A model generated the notes under the pieces. It saw nothing but the letters and a program-made list of their open reading frames with translations, did not search any database and was not told where the DNA came from. A stretch of 64,000 nt of DNA from Spirochaetes bacterium RBG_16_49_21 (GTDB lineage: Bacteria > Spirochaetota > UBA4802 > UBA5550), in assembly GCA_001829495.1 (NCBI GenBank), contig MIBJ01000049.1, forward strand, positions 2,101 to 66,100. Direction: 5' to 3'. Below are positions 36,646 through 45,427 of this stretch, one piece after another; position 1 is the first letter of the stretch; the number at the start of each line of letters is the position of its first letter. Position numbers and translations under genes: made by a program.

Positions 36646-37935
36646 CTATGTCTCCTCAGTCTCTTCCCTGATTTCCGAAAAAACGGATTCAAGGGCGTCT
36701 TTCATGGTGATTATTCCCTGTATCCGGTCGTTATCGTCGACTACCGGAACGACCGTAAAATTATATTTATAAAAGATTTGAGCGACCATCTTTATATGCG
36801 TGTCGACTTTAACCCTGACCACGTTTTCCCGCATGACCTCGCCGATCTTTTTTTTCGCCGGGGAAGTCAAAAGTTGTTTCAGGGTGATCACGCCGGCAGG
36901 GACGTCGTTCTCGTTCAATACGTAAATATAATAAATCGATTCGATATCTTCCGCGGTCTTTCTGATTCTCCTCAACACGCGGCCAGCCGTCTCATCGGTC
37001 CGGGCGGAGAGAAATTCTGTATCCATGAGGCTGCCCGCGATTCGATCCGAGTATTTCAACAGGTCTTTGATCTGCTGTACTTTTTCTTCCGGCAGAATTT
37101 TGAACAGCTCATTCACCGATTCACTCGGCATGCCGTCGAGAAGGTCGACGACCTCGTCCATCGGGGTTTCATCCAGAATTCTGGCAAGCCTTCCATGTTC
37201 AAGCGATACGGCGATCATGAGACGCATCTTGTGCGGGAGCTCCTGTAAAATGTCGGATGCGGTTGCGTCGTCGAATGAGTTAAAAATGAGCATCCGCTCC
37301 TCAGCCCCGAGGTCCGTGAGAATATCAGCCAGGTCGGCGGGATGGAGTTCCGAGAGCTTCGAATGGGGAATTTTAAGGGAGAGTGATTTCAAGTCCCCGG
37401 CGGTCGTGATGGGCTGGACATATTTCCACGATATGAATTTGTCCCGGAGTTCATACGAGAAGAGCCATTTGACGATCTCGCCGAACGCTTTCAGCCATCC
37501 GAGCCTTCTCAAGAATCCCTTGAATCCGACGTCCATATGGACAAGCCATAATTTGATTCCGTCCTTCAAAATGTGCAGGTCGTTCACCCGCACGACCTTT
37601 GATCCGCTGATATCGACGATCTGCTTGTCCCAAAACGTTTCTCTGAGCTTGATTTCATTCTGGGAGAGTTTGACGGGCTCGATGAGGCTTTCGGAGCATT
37701 CTATTGCTAGAGAGCGATCCTCTTTGATATCCTGGACGCATTTCCACGGGAGATATCCCCGCTGCCGTGAAACACCTCTCCGGATAATGAGGCCGTTTAT
37801 GCGCGGATACAGTCCCTGCACATCGGCGATTATATCATCGAGTATCCCTACCTTCCGGCCTGCCGTATCGATGACCGGAAGATTGATGATCTGGGACAAA
37901 AAAATAAAATTTGCCCGCACGGATTTCGTTTTCAT
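36646..37935 (-). CDS. Cytoplasmic PRC-barrel x2 + MgtE_N + CBS-pair protein lacking the MgtE transmembrane domain
   Basis: 429-aa ORF. It has two PRC-like segments (LPVIDTAGRKVGILDDII.., IVDISGSKVVRVNDLHI), the MgtE N-domain (LHPADLADILTDL..ILQELP) and a CBS pair (..VPVVDDNDRIQGIITMKD). There is no hydrophobic C-terminal domain. It lies 54 nt upstream of the Nramp-like gene. Confidence 0.7.
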   Translation of the reverse strand: MKTKSVRANFIFLSQIINLPVIDTAGRKVGILDDIIADVQGLYPRINGLIIRRGVSRQRGYLPWKCVQDIKEDRSLAIECSESLIEPVKLSQNEIKLRETFWDKQIVDISGSKVVRVNDLHILKDGIKLWLVHMDVGFKGFLRRLGWLKAFGEIVKWLFSYELRDKFISWKYVQPITTAGDLKSLSLKIPHSKLSELHPADLADILTDLGAEERMLIFNSFDDATASDILQELPHKMRLMIAVSLEHGRLARILDETPMDEVVDLLDGMPSESVNELFKILPEEKVQQIKDLLKYSDRIAGSLMDTEFLSARTDETAGRVLRRIRKTAEDIESIYYIYVLNENDVPAGVITLKQLLTSPAKKKIGEVMRENVVRVKVDTHIKMVAQIFYKYNFTVVPVVDDNDRIQGIITMKDALESVFSEIREETEET

Positions 37936-37994
37936 TGCAGTACCGTGTTAATGTATAATGCAGCTTCCTGCTGCAAGCAAAAAGTCGTGCTGCA

Positions 37995-38138
37995 ATGCCC
38001 TCACCCGCGCTGCCGCGCACCCTCTCCCATTAAACTCGGAAGAAAGGAGAGGGTTTCCGAAGTGAGAAGCTTTGGCTTTTGCACCCCCTCTCCTTTTTTC
38101 AATTCTTAATGGGAGAGGGGGCCGGGGGGTGAGGGCAT
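37995..38138. repeat. G-rich palindromic element (family 2), intact copy
   Basis: The outer inverted repeat is atgccctcaccc..ccctctcccattaa / ttaatgggagagggggccggggggtgagggcat, with internal sub-hairpins. It is homologous to the interrupted copy at 9181-9597. It sits between a gene end (38256) and the next gene start (37935) on the minus strand. Confidence 0.8.
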
Positions 38139-38255
38139 ACCGGCAATAAATTTCAAATTCTAAGAAATTTTTTCGGGAGTATTTCATAATGGATGGCCCC
38201 GCATGCACAAAACTTCTTCCATACAATTCGTCAAGCACAATACGAGGGTGTGCGG

Positions 38256-39353
38256 CTACCTGATCATTGCTTCCCGTCTGTTCCCCTTTGTAAAAAACAC
38301 AATTGAAAGGAACAGGGCATAAGCGAGCACGGCGAGTACAGAGACGGGGCGCCAGTAAAAACCGAGCGGGGCAATCAGTATCACGATGACCCAGTGAAGC
38401 AGGATTACCCGCAGGGAATGGAGTTTTATCGGGAAGTCGTGATACCGGCAGATAACCGCTATGCCGTTAAGGTTCCATCCGTACAGGGAGATCAGGGCAT
38501 GCAGTTTCAGCAGTAGTTTGCCGTTGGGCGGGCTGGGTATATAGAGGGACAGCGGTATGTAAATGATTCCGGTGATCGCGGTCATGATAAGGAACGCCAT
38601 TCCCGAGGAGAGAAACGCCTTCGGCTGTTCCCTGAATCCAAGCTTCAGATAGATGGCGAAGATTATCACCACGGTTACAAAGAGGATGCCGGCGATAATG
38701 AGCTCCGGAATGAACATCTGCATAAGGATGAAGAGGAAAAAGATGATAACGCCGAGATTGATGATCCAGAAGCTTGCGTCCTCGAATATCCGGGTCGGGC
38801 GATTCATGCTTTCTTTCATCTTGCCGTACATGACCGACATGGTGATGAGGGACACGGGAAAGGAGAAACCGAGAAAGAAAATGTCCAGCGTGAGTTTGGG
38901 AGAGAGGATGAGCCCCCCGTATTGATGATTGTAGATCACGAGCGCCGAAATGATGAGGGCAAGCGACAGGCACAGGAGCGAAGCGTGATGAAATTTTTCC
39001 GAGGTGCTGGAAGACGGGGTGAAAAAGTTCCACGGCACAAAGGAAAATTTTTTTATCCGGACGGCTTCGACCAGGAGCGCCAGGATCATTGCAACCGATA
39101 TGGCATAGCGGTACATTTGTAAAAATGCAAAAACCGCATAACAGAAAGAGAGGAGGAAAAAAAATCCGGCACGTAGTGATGCCCCTTTTTTGCCTTCGCT
39201 GTAGATCAGAATGGCGGTTCCTCCGCTGCAGAGATTGAATAAGAATATGTGAAGCCGCTCGAAGTTATAGGCAGGGCAGAAAAGCTGTAGAAAGCCGAAA
39301 AAGAGGGCTGCCGTCATGGTGACGATGAGGATAAGTTTTGTCTTTAGATTCAT
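38256..39353 (-). CDS. Polytopic membrane protein, unknown function
   Basis: 365-aa ORF with about 10-12 hydrophobic helices and several conserved-looking His residues (ERLHIF, KFHHASL, LKLHALISLYGW). It starts 14 nt after the ispH-fusion stop. Confidence 0.55.
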   Translation of the reverse strand: MNLKTKLILIVTMTAALFFGFLQLFCPAYNFERLHIFLFNLCSGGTAILIYSEGKKGASLRAGFFFLLSFCYAVFAFLQMYRYAISVAMILALLVEAVRIKKFSFVPWNFFTPSSSTSEKFHHASLLCLSLALIISALVIYNHQYGGLILSPKLTLDIFFLGFSFPVSLITMSVMYGKMKESMNRPTRIFEDASFWIINLGVIIFFLFILMQMFIPELIIAGILFVTVVIIFAIYLKLGFREQPKAFLSSGMAFLIMTAITGIIYIPLSLYIPSPPNGKLLLKLHALISLYGWNLNGIAVICRYHDFPIKLHSLRVILLHWVIVILIAPLGFYWRPVSVLAVLAYALFLSIVFFTKGNRREAMIR

Positions 39354-39367
39354 ACCCCCCGGCCTTG

Positions 39368-41080
39368 TTATAAGTAAAGATACAACAATGCCATGATGAT
39401 GAAGTTCATGTCAACTAAAAGCTCATACTTGAGGGGGATGATATAGTTGAGATTTTTGATTATATACATGAAGGCAAGAAAATAGAGAATAGTAACAATA
39501 AACGGTAAAAAATACAGGTTATTCAGAGCGATTGTTACATATCCGTAAACCAGAATCCCCGCAGCGGATATGATATTCGCTGCTATCCATACCTTATCGG
39601 CGCCGAGCCAGAGCGGCAGGGTCTCCCTTCCCATGATGAGGTCTCCCTGATAAGCGATAAGGTCGAGGAGAACCGTCCTGAGAAAAATGACCGTGAATAC
39701 CCATGCGGATAGCGATACGAGGCTTTGAATCTCAACGGATGAGGCCAGCATCGGCACCATGACCGTTACGATGATCCAGCCGAGGCAGGTGACTATTTTT
39801 GAATAGTACATTTTTTTTACGAACCCGACATTGATTTTTTCTATGAAAATCCTGGCCGGTTTAGTCGAATAGATAAATCCGGTAAGGTATGAAGTGATGA
39901 TGACGGCTATGGTTGCCGGGTTGCATTCCCGAGCAAGATATATTGAAGCGAGCATTGAAATGATCGATGCGGTAAGCAGGGGTATCCCGTATTTTTCATA
40001 AATGAGGTATTTGTCCGGATTGCTTAGTTTTAGAAAGCTTTTTTCGAAATAGTTGTTTATTGAATACATGGAGAAGATATACAGAAATGAGATAGTCGGA
40101 AACAGGAACCCGTCGCCGATGCCGGAATACGCCAACGCGATGAGGCTCATGAAAAATGCAGCGGCAGCGGACAGGAGATTGGTACGCATGATGTACTGTA
40201 GAAAGATGAGGGCTGATTTGAGGAATATATTGCTTTTTTTGAATTTTATCGCATACAATTTATCCAGAACATTATTGATGATCCATCCCGGCGTGGATGT
40301 CCCCGCGGTCACGAGCACGCTGCGGGAATCGGAAAATCCGTCCTCCGTCAGCTCGTCCCCGGTTTCAATGTGGAATGTCTTTACGTTGTTATCCGTCCCG
40401 ATCCGCGCGAGGCGCTTCGTGTTTGCGGAGTTTTTGCCTCCGACGACCACCAGGGTGTCGTTCCCGCTCACTATTCCTGCAAGCACGTCATTCTGCCGCA
40501 AGCTGGTCGAGTCGCAGATGGTATCGAACACGGTTATGCTGTCGCAACACATCCGCAGCTCTGCCGTAATTTTGTCAAAGCCCTCCCGATCGAACGTTGT
40601 TTGCGATACAACAAGGTATTGCTTTGCTTGCGGAATGCTCGGGACTTCGCGAATATCCGAGATTACCGATACTCCTGCTTGGGCATAGCTTTTGAGCCCC
40701 ACTACTTCTGCATGATCCGTATCGCCGGTTATGATGGTGTAGTATCCCTGGGCCGAGTATTTTTTTATGATGGATTGAACCTTGGCCACCCGAGGGCAGG
40801 TGAGATTGATCACCCTTTCGGCGCACTGCCTCAAGAGTCTGCTTTCTTCAAGCGGTATTCCATGGGTACGTACCGCTACCTGTTTCTTGCCGGCGCTAGC
40901 AGGGGAGTCTATCGTTTTCAGCCCCCTTTTTTGAAGAAGCTCTACGGTCTGGGGATTATGTATCAGGGGGCCATACATGTACACATCGTCATGAGACGAG
41001 TTGATTTCGCGAATAATCCTTACAATCGCGGTCCTCACGCCCATGCAGAATCCTGAATGTTTGGCCAGTGTGATCCGCAT
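39368..41080 (-). CDS. ispH: 4-hydroxy-3-methylbut-2-enyl diphosphate reductase (IspH) fused to a C-terminal 9-TM UbiA-like domain with degenerate Asp-rich motifs
   Basis: The N-terminal ~285 aa carry the three IspH cluster cysteines (GFCMGV, LTCPRV, DTICDST) plus IHNP, HAEV, SQTT and GGKNSANT. The C-terminal ~285 aa are hydrophobic and contain NNYFEKSFLKLSNPDK (compare UbiA-family NDYFDRxIDxINxPxRP), YSTKPARI and AYQGDLIMGRETLP (compare DxxGDxxxGxxTLP). Confidence 0.75.
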   Translation of the reverse strand: MRITLAKHSGFCMGVRTAIVRIIREINSSHDDVYMYGPLIHNPQTVELLQKRGLKTIDSPASAGKKQVAVRTHGIPLEESRLLRQCAERVINLTCPRVAKVQSIIKKYSAQGYYTIITGDTDHAEVVGLKSYAQAGVSVISDIREVPSIPQAKQYLVVSQTTFDREGFDKITAELRMCCDSITVFDTICDSTSLRQNDVLAGIVSGNDTLVVVGGKNSANTKRLARIGTDNNVKTFHIETGDELTEDGFSDSRSVLVTAGTSTPGWIINNVLDKLYAIKFKKSNIFLKSALIFLQYIMRTNLLSAAAAFFMSLIALAYSGIGDGFLFPTISFLYIFSMYSINNYFEKSFLKLSNPDKYLIYEKYGIPLLTASIISMLASIYLARECNPATIAVIITSYLTGFIYSTKPARIFIEKINVGFVKKMYYSKIVTCLGWIIVTVMVPMLASSVEIQSLVSLSAWVFTVIFLRTVLLDLIAYQGDLIMGRETLPLWLGADKVWIAANIISAAGILVYGYVTIALNNLYFLPFIVTILYFLAFMYIIKNLNYIIPLKYELLVDMNFIIMALLYLYL

Positions 41081-41089
41081 GACCGGCTC

Positions 41090-42025
41090 CTACTGGCGCA
41101 CGGGGGGAAGATTATCCGGAGGCTGATTTGTCCGGGGGCGGGGAGCTTCGGATCCCGACTGGCTCAGGTCTATGTACGGCCGTGAGATCGAACCGCGGAT
41201 CGCCAGCACGATTTGATTGCGGTCATTGACGAATCTTCCAAGAAAATCCCGGTAATCTTTCAATATCGCGGAGTCCGCATCAGCCGTTATCTTTAAATCG
41301 AGACGAGAGCTCAGGAAGGTCTTGGCCATCGCGATTGATCCATTTATTGTGCAGCTTATATCGCCGAATATCTTCATGTTGGTAATGTTGATCTTCTGGG
41401 TGGAGATCTCCCCTTCGCAATTCCCCGACTTGATTTTCACGAGGGGGAGCGACAGGGGAATCCCACCCATGCTGTCGGGAAGCGCGATTTCTCCTATTTT
41501 CAGGGTGGAGGGATTGATTATTATCTTAAAATTTCCATTCTGCGGCATCTCATCAAAGGATTTAAAATCGATGAAACCCTCGCCGCTCAGATTGAGGTCC
41601 ATCTGAACGCTTTCCGCATTATATTTTAAGCCGTTGAACTGGAAGCTTCCCGTGATGTCCTTGCCGAACATAAGTCTGAACATTGAGATGTCGAGGTCGG
41701 CCGAGCGTACGATGATCTCGCTTCCGCTTTGGAGGACGATATATACGTTATTCACGGCGACAACGTCAAAGAGGCTGAAGTCCATGGTGCTGATATAGAT
41801 GCTTCTCAGTATATTTTTTTCAAGGTTCTTTAAACTGCTTCTCAGGAGGATATCGTAGGGAAAGGACACGATCCCGAACAGGAGGGTGAAAAGAAGGGCC
41901 AGAAAAATGTAGGTCTTCGCATAGGGCAGCTTTACGGCGTCTTTTACCATGCTCCAGAGGAGATTAAAATTCAATGAGGATTTTAACGCGGCAAGCGTGT
42001 TATTTTTAACTTCGGTTATATCCAT
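41090..42025 (-). CDS. gspN: Type II secretion system protein GspN-like
   Basis: 311-aa ORF with one N-terminal TM segment. It is the last gene of the gsp cluster directly after gspM. The call is mainly positional. Confidence 0.4.
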   Translation of the reverse strand: MDITEVKNNTLAALKSSLNFNLLWSMVKDAVKLPYAKTYIFLALLFTLLFGIVSFPYDILLRSSLKNLEKNILRSIYISTMDFSLFDVVAVNNVYIVLQSGSEIIVRSADLDISMFRLMFGKDITGSFQFNGLKYNAESVQMDLNLSGEGFIDFKSFDEMPQNGNFKIIINPSTLKIGEIALPDSMGGIPLSLPLVKIKSGNCEGEISTQKINITNMKIFGDISCTINGSIAMAKTFLSSRLDLKITADADSAILKDYRDFLGRFVNDRNQIVLAIRGSISRPYIDLSQSGSEAPRPRTNQPPDNLPPVRQ

Positions 42026-42040
42026 CGCCGTCCATCGAAA

Positions 42041-42556
42041 TCACTGAGATGTAATGCTGTTGAAGGTTATGGTCGCATCATAGGTATTGCGGCCCTTGAC
42101 CGTCTGATTCAATCGCAAGTAGCTGATATGCATCGGCATTCCCGAGTTTTCCATTTTATGGATAAAATTCAACAGTGAAGTTATGTCAATCCCTTCGAAC
42201 TTCACGTCAGAGGATATTTTTTTGTATTTTCCCTGTACGATAGTGGGCCGGTCGCGGGTGTATACCTTGTTTTTGAGAATATCAAGGCTCTGCGCGTTTT
42301 CTTCTATAATGGAGGTTATTCCCTTTGCGTTGCTCAATTGCGCATTGTAGCGGCTGATTTTTTCGCGTGCGTCCCGGTATTGCTCGTAAATTTTGTCAAG
42401 GGAGTTCAATTTTGTCATATTCGACTCGCTTTCCCTGTTTCTTCGCTCTTTCCAGCTCACCAGCGGAGAAATTACCGCGAAATAGAGGAACAGTATCCCG
42501 AGGAATACGGCCAGGAGCGCAATGAGCCGTTTTTCCCTTTTATTGAGTTCAATCAT
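42041..42556 (-). CDS. gspM: Type II secretion system protein GspM-like
   Basis: 171-aa ORF, bitopic (RLIALLAVFLGILFLYFAVISPLV). It overlaps the gspL stop by 4 nt. Confidence 0.5.
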   Translation of the reverse strand: MIELNKREKRLIALLAVFLGILFLYFAVISPLVSWKERRNRESESNMTKLNSLDKIYEQYRDAREKISRYNAQLSNAKGITSIIEENAQSLDILKNKVYTRDRPTIVQGKYKKISSDVKFEGIDITSLLNFIHKMENSGMPMHISYLRLNQTVKGRNTYDATITFNSITSQ

Positions 42557-44187
42557 GACTGATTCCCCGTCCCCTTCTTCTCTTCCGGGAAGAATTTGTG
42601 CTTTATGGTCATGGAAAAGCGCACCTCATTTTGCCGTGAATACCTGATGTTGAGAATGACAGACTCGAATTTTTTTGTTTTGAGCAGGCTTTCCTTGAAA
42701 TTGTCGATCACCGTGCTCGAGCCCGCCGTGCCGTCAATCATGAGTATGTTTTCATTATAAACGAGATTGGTAAGAACAAAATTACCGTCATGGGGGAAAT
42801 AGGTGAGAACGTCTTTAAGGAGGTCGAGAAAGGAAATGGAATCCGGCATGAGCTTCGTTATGCTTTCGAGCTCTTTTTTCTCCTTCTTGTATAATTTCGT
42901 CGCGTCGACGATCGGATCGCCTGAAGCGGCACTGGTATGGAAATACCGCCTGAATTGCTCGGATATCAGCTTATTATGCTGCCGGTCGGAGCGGTAGGAC
43001 ATGGCGGCGGACATGATCAGATTAATAAGAAGGATTACGGCGGCAAGGGCCGCGAATCCGGCCGAGAGATAATATATTTTTCTGGTCTCACCGGCGATAT
43101 CCGGAATGAACTCGCCCTTTAAAAAGTTGATGGATGAGCGGGGATGGTTGATGTATGAAAGTATGGTGCCGAATGAGATCGGAAACTGCGTCCGGATGTT
43201 TCGCTCCTTATAATCTTCCAAAAAGGGGAGGAGATCAACCGGCATCTCCAGCTCGTGTGATATGTGGGAGCCGATCCCCATGATGTTTGAGCCGCCGCCT
43301 GAGATCAAGGCCCTGCCGAAGGTGACCCCGCCGCATTCGACGAATACCGCCTTGAGCGTGAGGATGATCTGCTCGGCCAGATCGTCGGCCATTTTGATCC
43401 CCGCGGTGTAGATTTTTTTCAACTGCTGCCGGGATATGTCCAGGGATTTATAATATTCACGCTGCAGGTTGTTTTCGTACGAGGTGATATCGAGGTTGAG
43501 ATTGTAGAAGAGCCGGGCAGCTTCGGCGTATGTTGTCTTTAATGTCCTGACCGTCTCTTTTATGATCCCGTTTACGCCTATCGGCACCGCCCGGGTGTAC
43601 AACAGGCTGTTGTTCTCAATGAAGTTCAGAATGGTTTTGCCGTTCCCGATATCGATCAGAATGACCGCTTCGTTTTCTATCTTATTGAAGTAGCGATAAC
43701 ATTCGAACAGGGCGTTGGATTCCATGCCCATTTTGAAGGGCCTGATGGAGCCGTCTTTGAGAAGCTCGATAAAGTTGTTGATGGCGGTTTTATGCGCCGC
43801 GGCCAGCAGGATTCTCCCCTCGTTTTCTTTTTTATTTTTGAGGGACTGGAAATCGATGATAAGATCCTCAAGCTTAAACGGTATATTCTCTTCAGCCTCG
43901 TAGGGGATCGCATCGGCGATTTTCTCCACGTCGCTGAAGGGGAATGAGATGTTGCGGACGATTTCCATCTCCATCGGGAGGTTGGCGATGACCTTATATC
44001 CGGACAAAGCCTCTCCGGCCGTTAATTTGCGCAATGCTTCAATGACGGCGGTCTTCCGGTCTTCCTTGTCCAGATCGATGTCCTCATAATTGAACGATTT
44101 GATCTGGAAATCGCGGAATCCCGTCCGCACGGTGACGAGCTTTACCGAATGGGTTCCTACGTCTATGGCGGCGATATTTTCAAACAC
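42553..44187 (-). CDS. gspL: Type II secretion system protein GspL (actin-like/PilM-like cytoplasmic domain + TM + periplasmic domain)
   Basis: 544-aa ORF. The N-terminus IAAIDVGTHSVKLV is an actin-like ATPase fold start. It has a single TM (YYLSAGFAALAAVILLINLIM) and its position between gspK and gspM fits. Confidence 0.55.
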   Translation of the reverse strand: MFENIAAIDVGTHSVKLVTVRTGFRDFQIKSFNYEDIDLDKEDRKTAVIEALRKLTAGEALSGYKVIANLPMEMEIVRNISFPFSDVEKIADAIPYEAEENIPFKLEDLIIDFQSLKNKKENEGRILLAAAHKTAINNFIELLKDGSIRPFKMGMESNALFECYRYFNKIENEAVILIDIGNGKTILNFIENNSLLYTRAVPIGVNGIIKETVRTLKTTYAEAARLFYNLNLDITSYENNLQREYYKSLDISRQQLKKIYTAGIKMADDLAEQIILTLKAVFVECGGVTFGRALISGGGSNIMGIGSHISHELEMPVDLLPFLEDYKERNIRTQFPISFGTILSYINHPRSSINFLKGEFIPDIAGETRKIYYLSAGFAALAAVILLINLIMSAAMSYRSDRQHNKLISEQFRRYFHTSAASGDPIVDATKLYKKEKKELESITKLMPDSISFLDLLKDVLTYFPHDGNFVLTNLVYNENILMIDGTAGSSTVIDNFKESLLKTKKFESVILNIRYSRQNEVRFSMTIKHKFFPEEKKGTGNQS

Positions 44188-44205
44188 GGGCTCTTCTCCT
44201 GAAGG

Positions 44206-45426
44206 CTACTCTTCGCACCAATAGTACAATGTCCTCATTGTCCTGTTGTACACGGCGGTTATCTTGACCTGCACGTCATTGACCGTTGCCGCCGCGACGA
44301 TCCGGAATATGTTCGATTTTGTGCTGAGCCGCTCCCGGATGGTATTATCCGTGATCAGGTCGCTGATCTCGTCCACTGATTTGTACGGCCGCACGAGCCG
44401 CCGGTTGATAATCTCGGTCACGATATCAGGGGTCATGCTGTCTGTCAATGCGGATAATACGCGGTAGGATGCGGTGTTGATATTGATCTTGTTGAAATCG
44501 CTCGAGTAATCAGCCCGTTCGCCGTACACGGTAAAGTAATCGGCAAGCGCCCTGCTTTTCTCTTTCCCGATTTTCCTCAATACCTCTTCCTTTTTCTCGG
44601 CCGCTGTTTCGAGTCCCGGCCCCTCAATGATCTCTCTCAGTTTGTCCATGCCGAGGCTCGTATCCCCTTTGTTGTCGTCCACCAGATTTTGCTCCTTCTG
44701 CTCGGAATTGTAGCTACCGCCTCCCTTGCCGTAATAGATATTGGGGGTGAAGTCTTTAAGGAGAAGGAGCTCGTCAATGCTGTCCATCGCGTTATTTTTA
44801 GCAGGGTAGGGAGGCTTCAGGTTCTGATAATAATCGGCGTGTTCGGCACCGTACGGCATCCGGGAATCGTCAATGTCCACCCAGTCGCGGATGATGTCGG
44901 CGTAGTCGGGAGTGAGGCCCAGGTTCATGAAAAAGTTTTGGGTGAAATAATAATATTTATTCCTTTCCATCTCATCTGAATACGCGGTTGCCACCACGCT
45001 CAAATTGATCTTGGAATTTTCGTCGATGATTGCGAGCTTGAGGGAGCCTTCCCCGAAAGGCATCTCGGGGAAATCTATGGCCCAGAGATCGTTGTACGAG
45101 TCGATATCCTTATCCGTCGACTTTCCGGTAAGCTGTTCCGCGCCCATGCCCCGGGTGTCCAGATACAGCAGGAATTTCCCCACCTGCACGCCCGACTTTG
45201 CCAGATAGCTTGCCCTCAGCCTGCTGTTCAATTTTCTGTTATAGCCGATATCGGTCTGGGCCACAACGATGAATTCGCCGGCGATCGACACCAGAAGGGT
45301 GATGATGATGAGAACGATTATGAGGACGTATCCGTGCGATCCGGCGATATAGCAGAGCAGTCCCTGCTCGTTCAAGAGGCGCTTTCTTCTCTCATAGGTG
45401 CGGATCAATCTTGAAATAACGGCCAT
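44206..45426 (-). CDS. gspK: Type II secretion minor pseudopilin GspK
   Basis: The hydrophobic N-terminus is HGYVLIIVLIIITLLVSIAG and the large body is typical of GspK. The ATG at 45426 lies 1 nt after the gspJ stop, although the track ORF extends to 45477. Confidence 0.6.
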   Translation of the reverse strand: MAVISRLIRTYERRKRLLNEQGLLCYIAGSHGYVLIIVLIIITLLVSIAGEFIVVAQTDIGYNRKLNSRLRASYLAKSGVQVGKFLLYLDTRGMGAEQLTGKSTDKDIDSYNDLWAIDFPEMPFGEGSLKLAIIDENSKINLSVVATAYSDEMERNKYYYFTQNFFMNLGLTPDYADIIRDWVDIDDSRMPYGAEHADYYQNLKPPYPAKNNAMDSIDELLLLKDFTPNIYYGKGGGSYNSEQKEQNLVDDNKGDTSLGMDKLREIIEGPGLETAAEKKEEVLRKIGKEKSRALADYFTVYGERADYSSDFNKININTASYRVLSALTDSMTPDIVTEIINRRLVRPYKSVDEISDLITDNTIRERLSTKSNIFRIVAAATVNDVQVKITAVYNRTMRTLYYWCEE

Positions 45427-45427
45427 G

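Noticed and set aside
37025-37951. A 308-aa plus-strand ORF opposite the PRC/MgtE_N/CBS gene, and the 207-aa ORF at 36625-37248
   Set aside because: These are Ser/Arg-rich shadow frames. The minus strand carries clear MgtE_N and CBS motifs.
37936-38255. M-box (Mg2+) riboswitch upstream of the PRC/MgtE_N/CBS plus Nramp-like operon
   Set aside because: The region is largely occupied by the family-2 palindrome. I could not recognise the conserved M-box core by eye, and an Infernal scan with RF00380 would be needed to settle it.
40053-41056. Plus-strand ORFs (211, 228 and 90 aa) opposite ispH
   Set aside because: The minus strand encodes a full IspH with all cluster ligands, and the plus-strand frames show no motifs.
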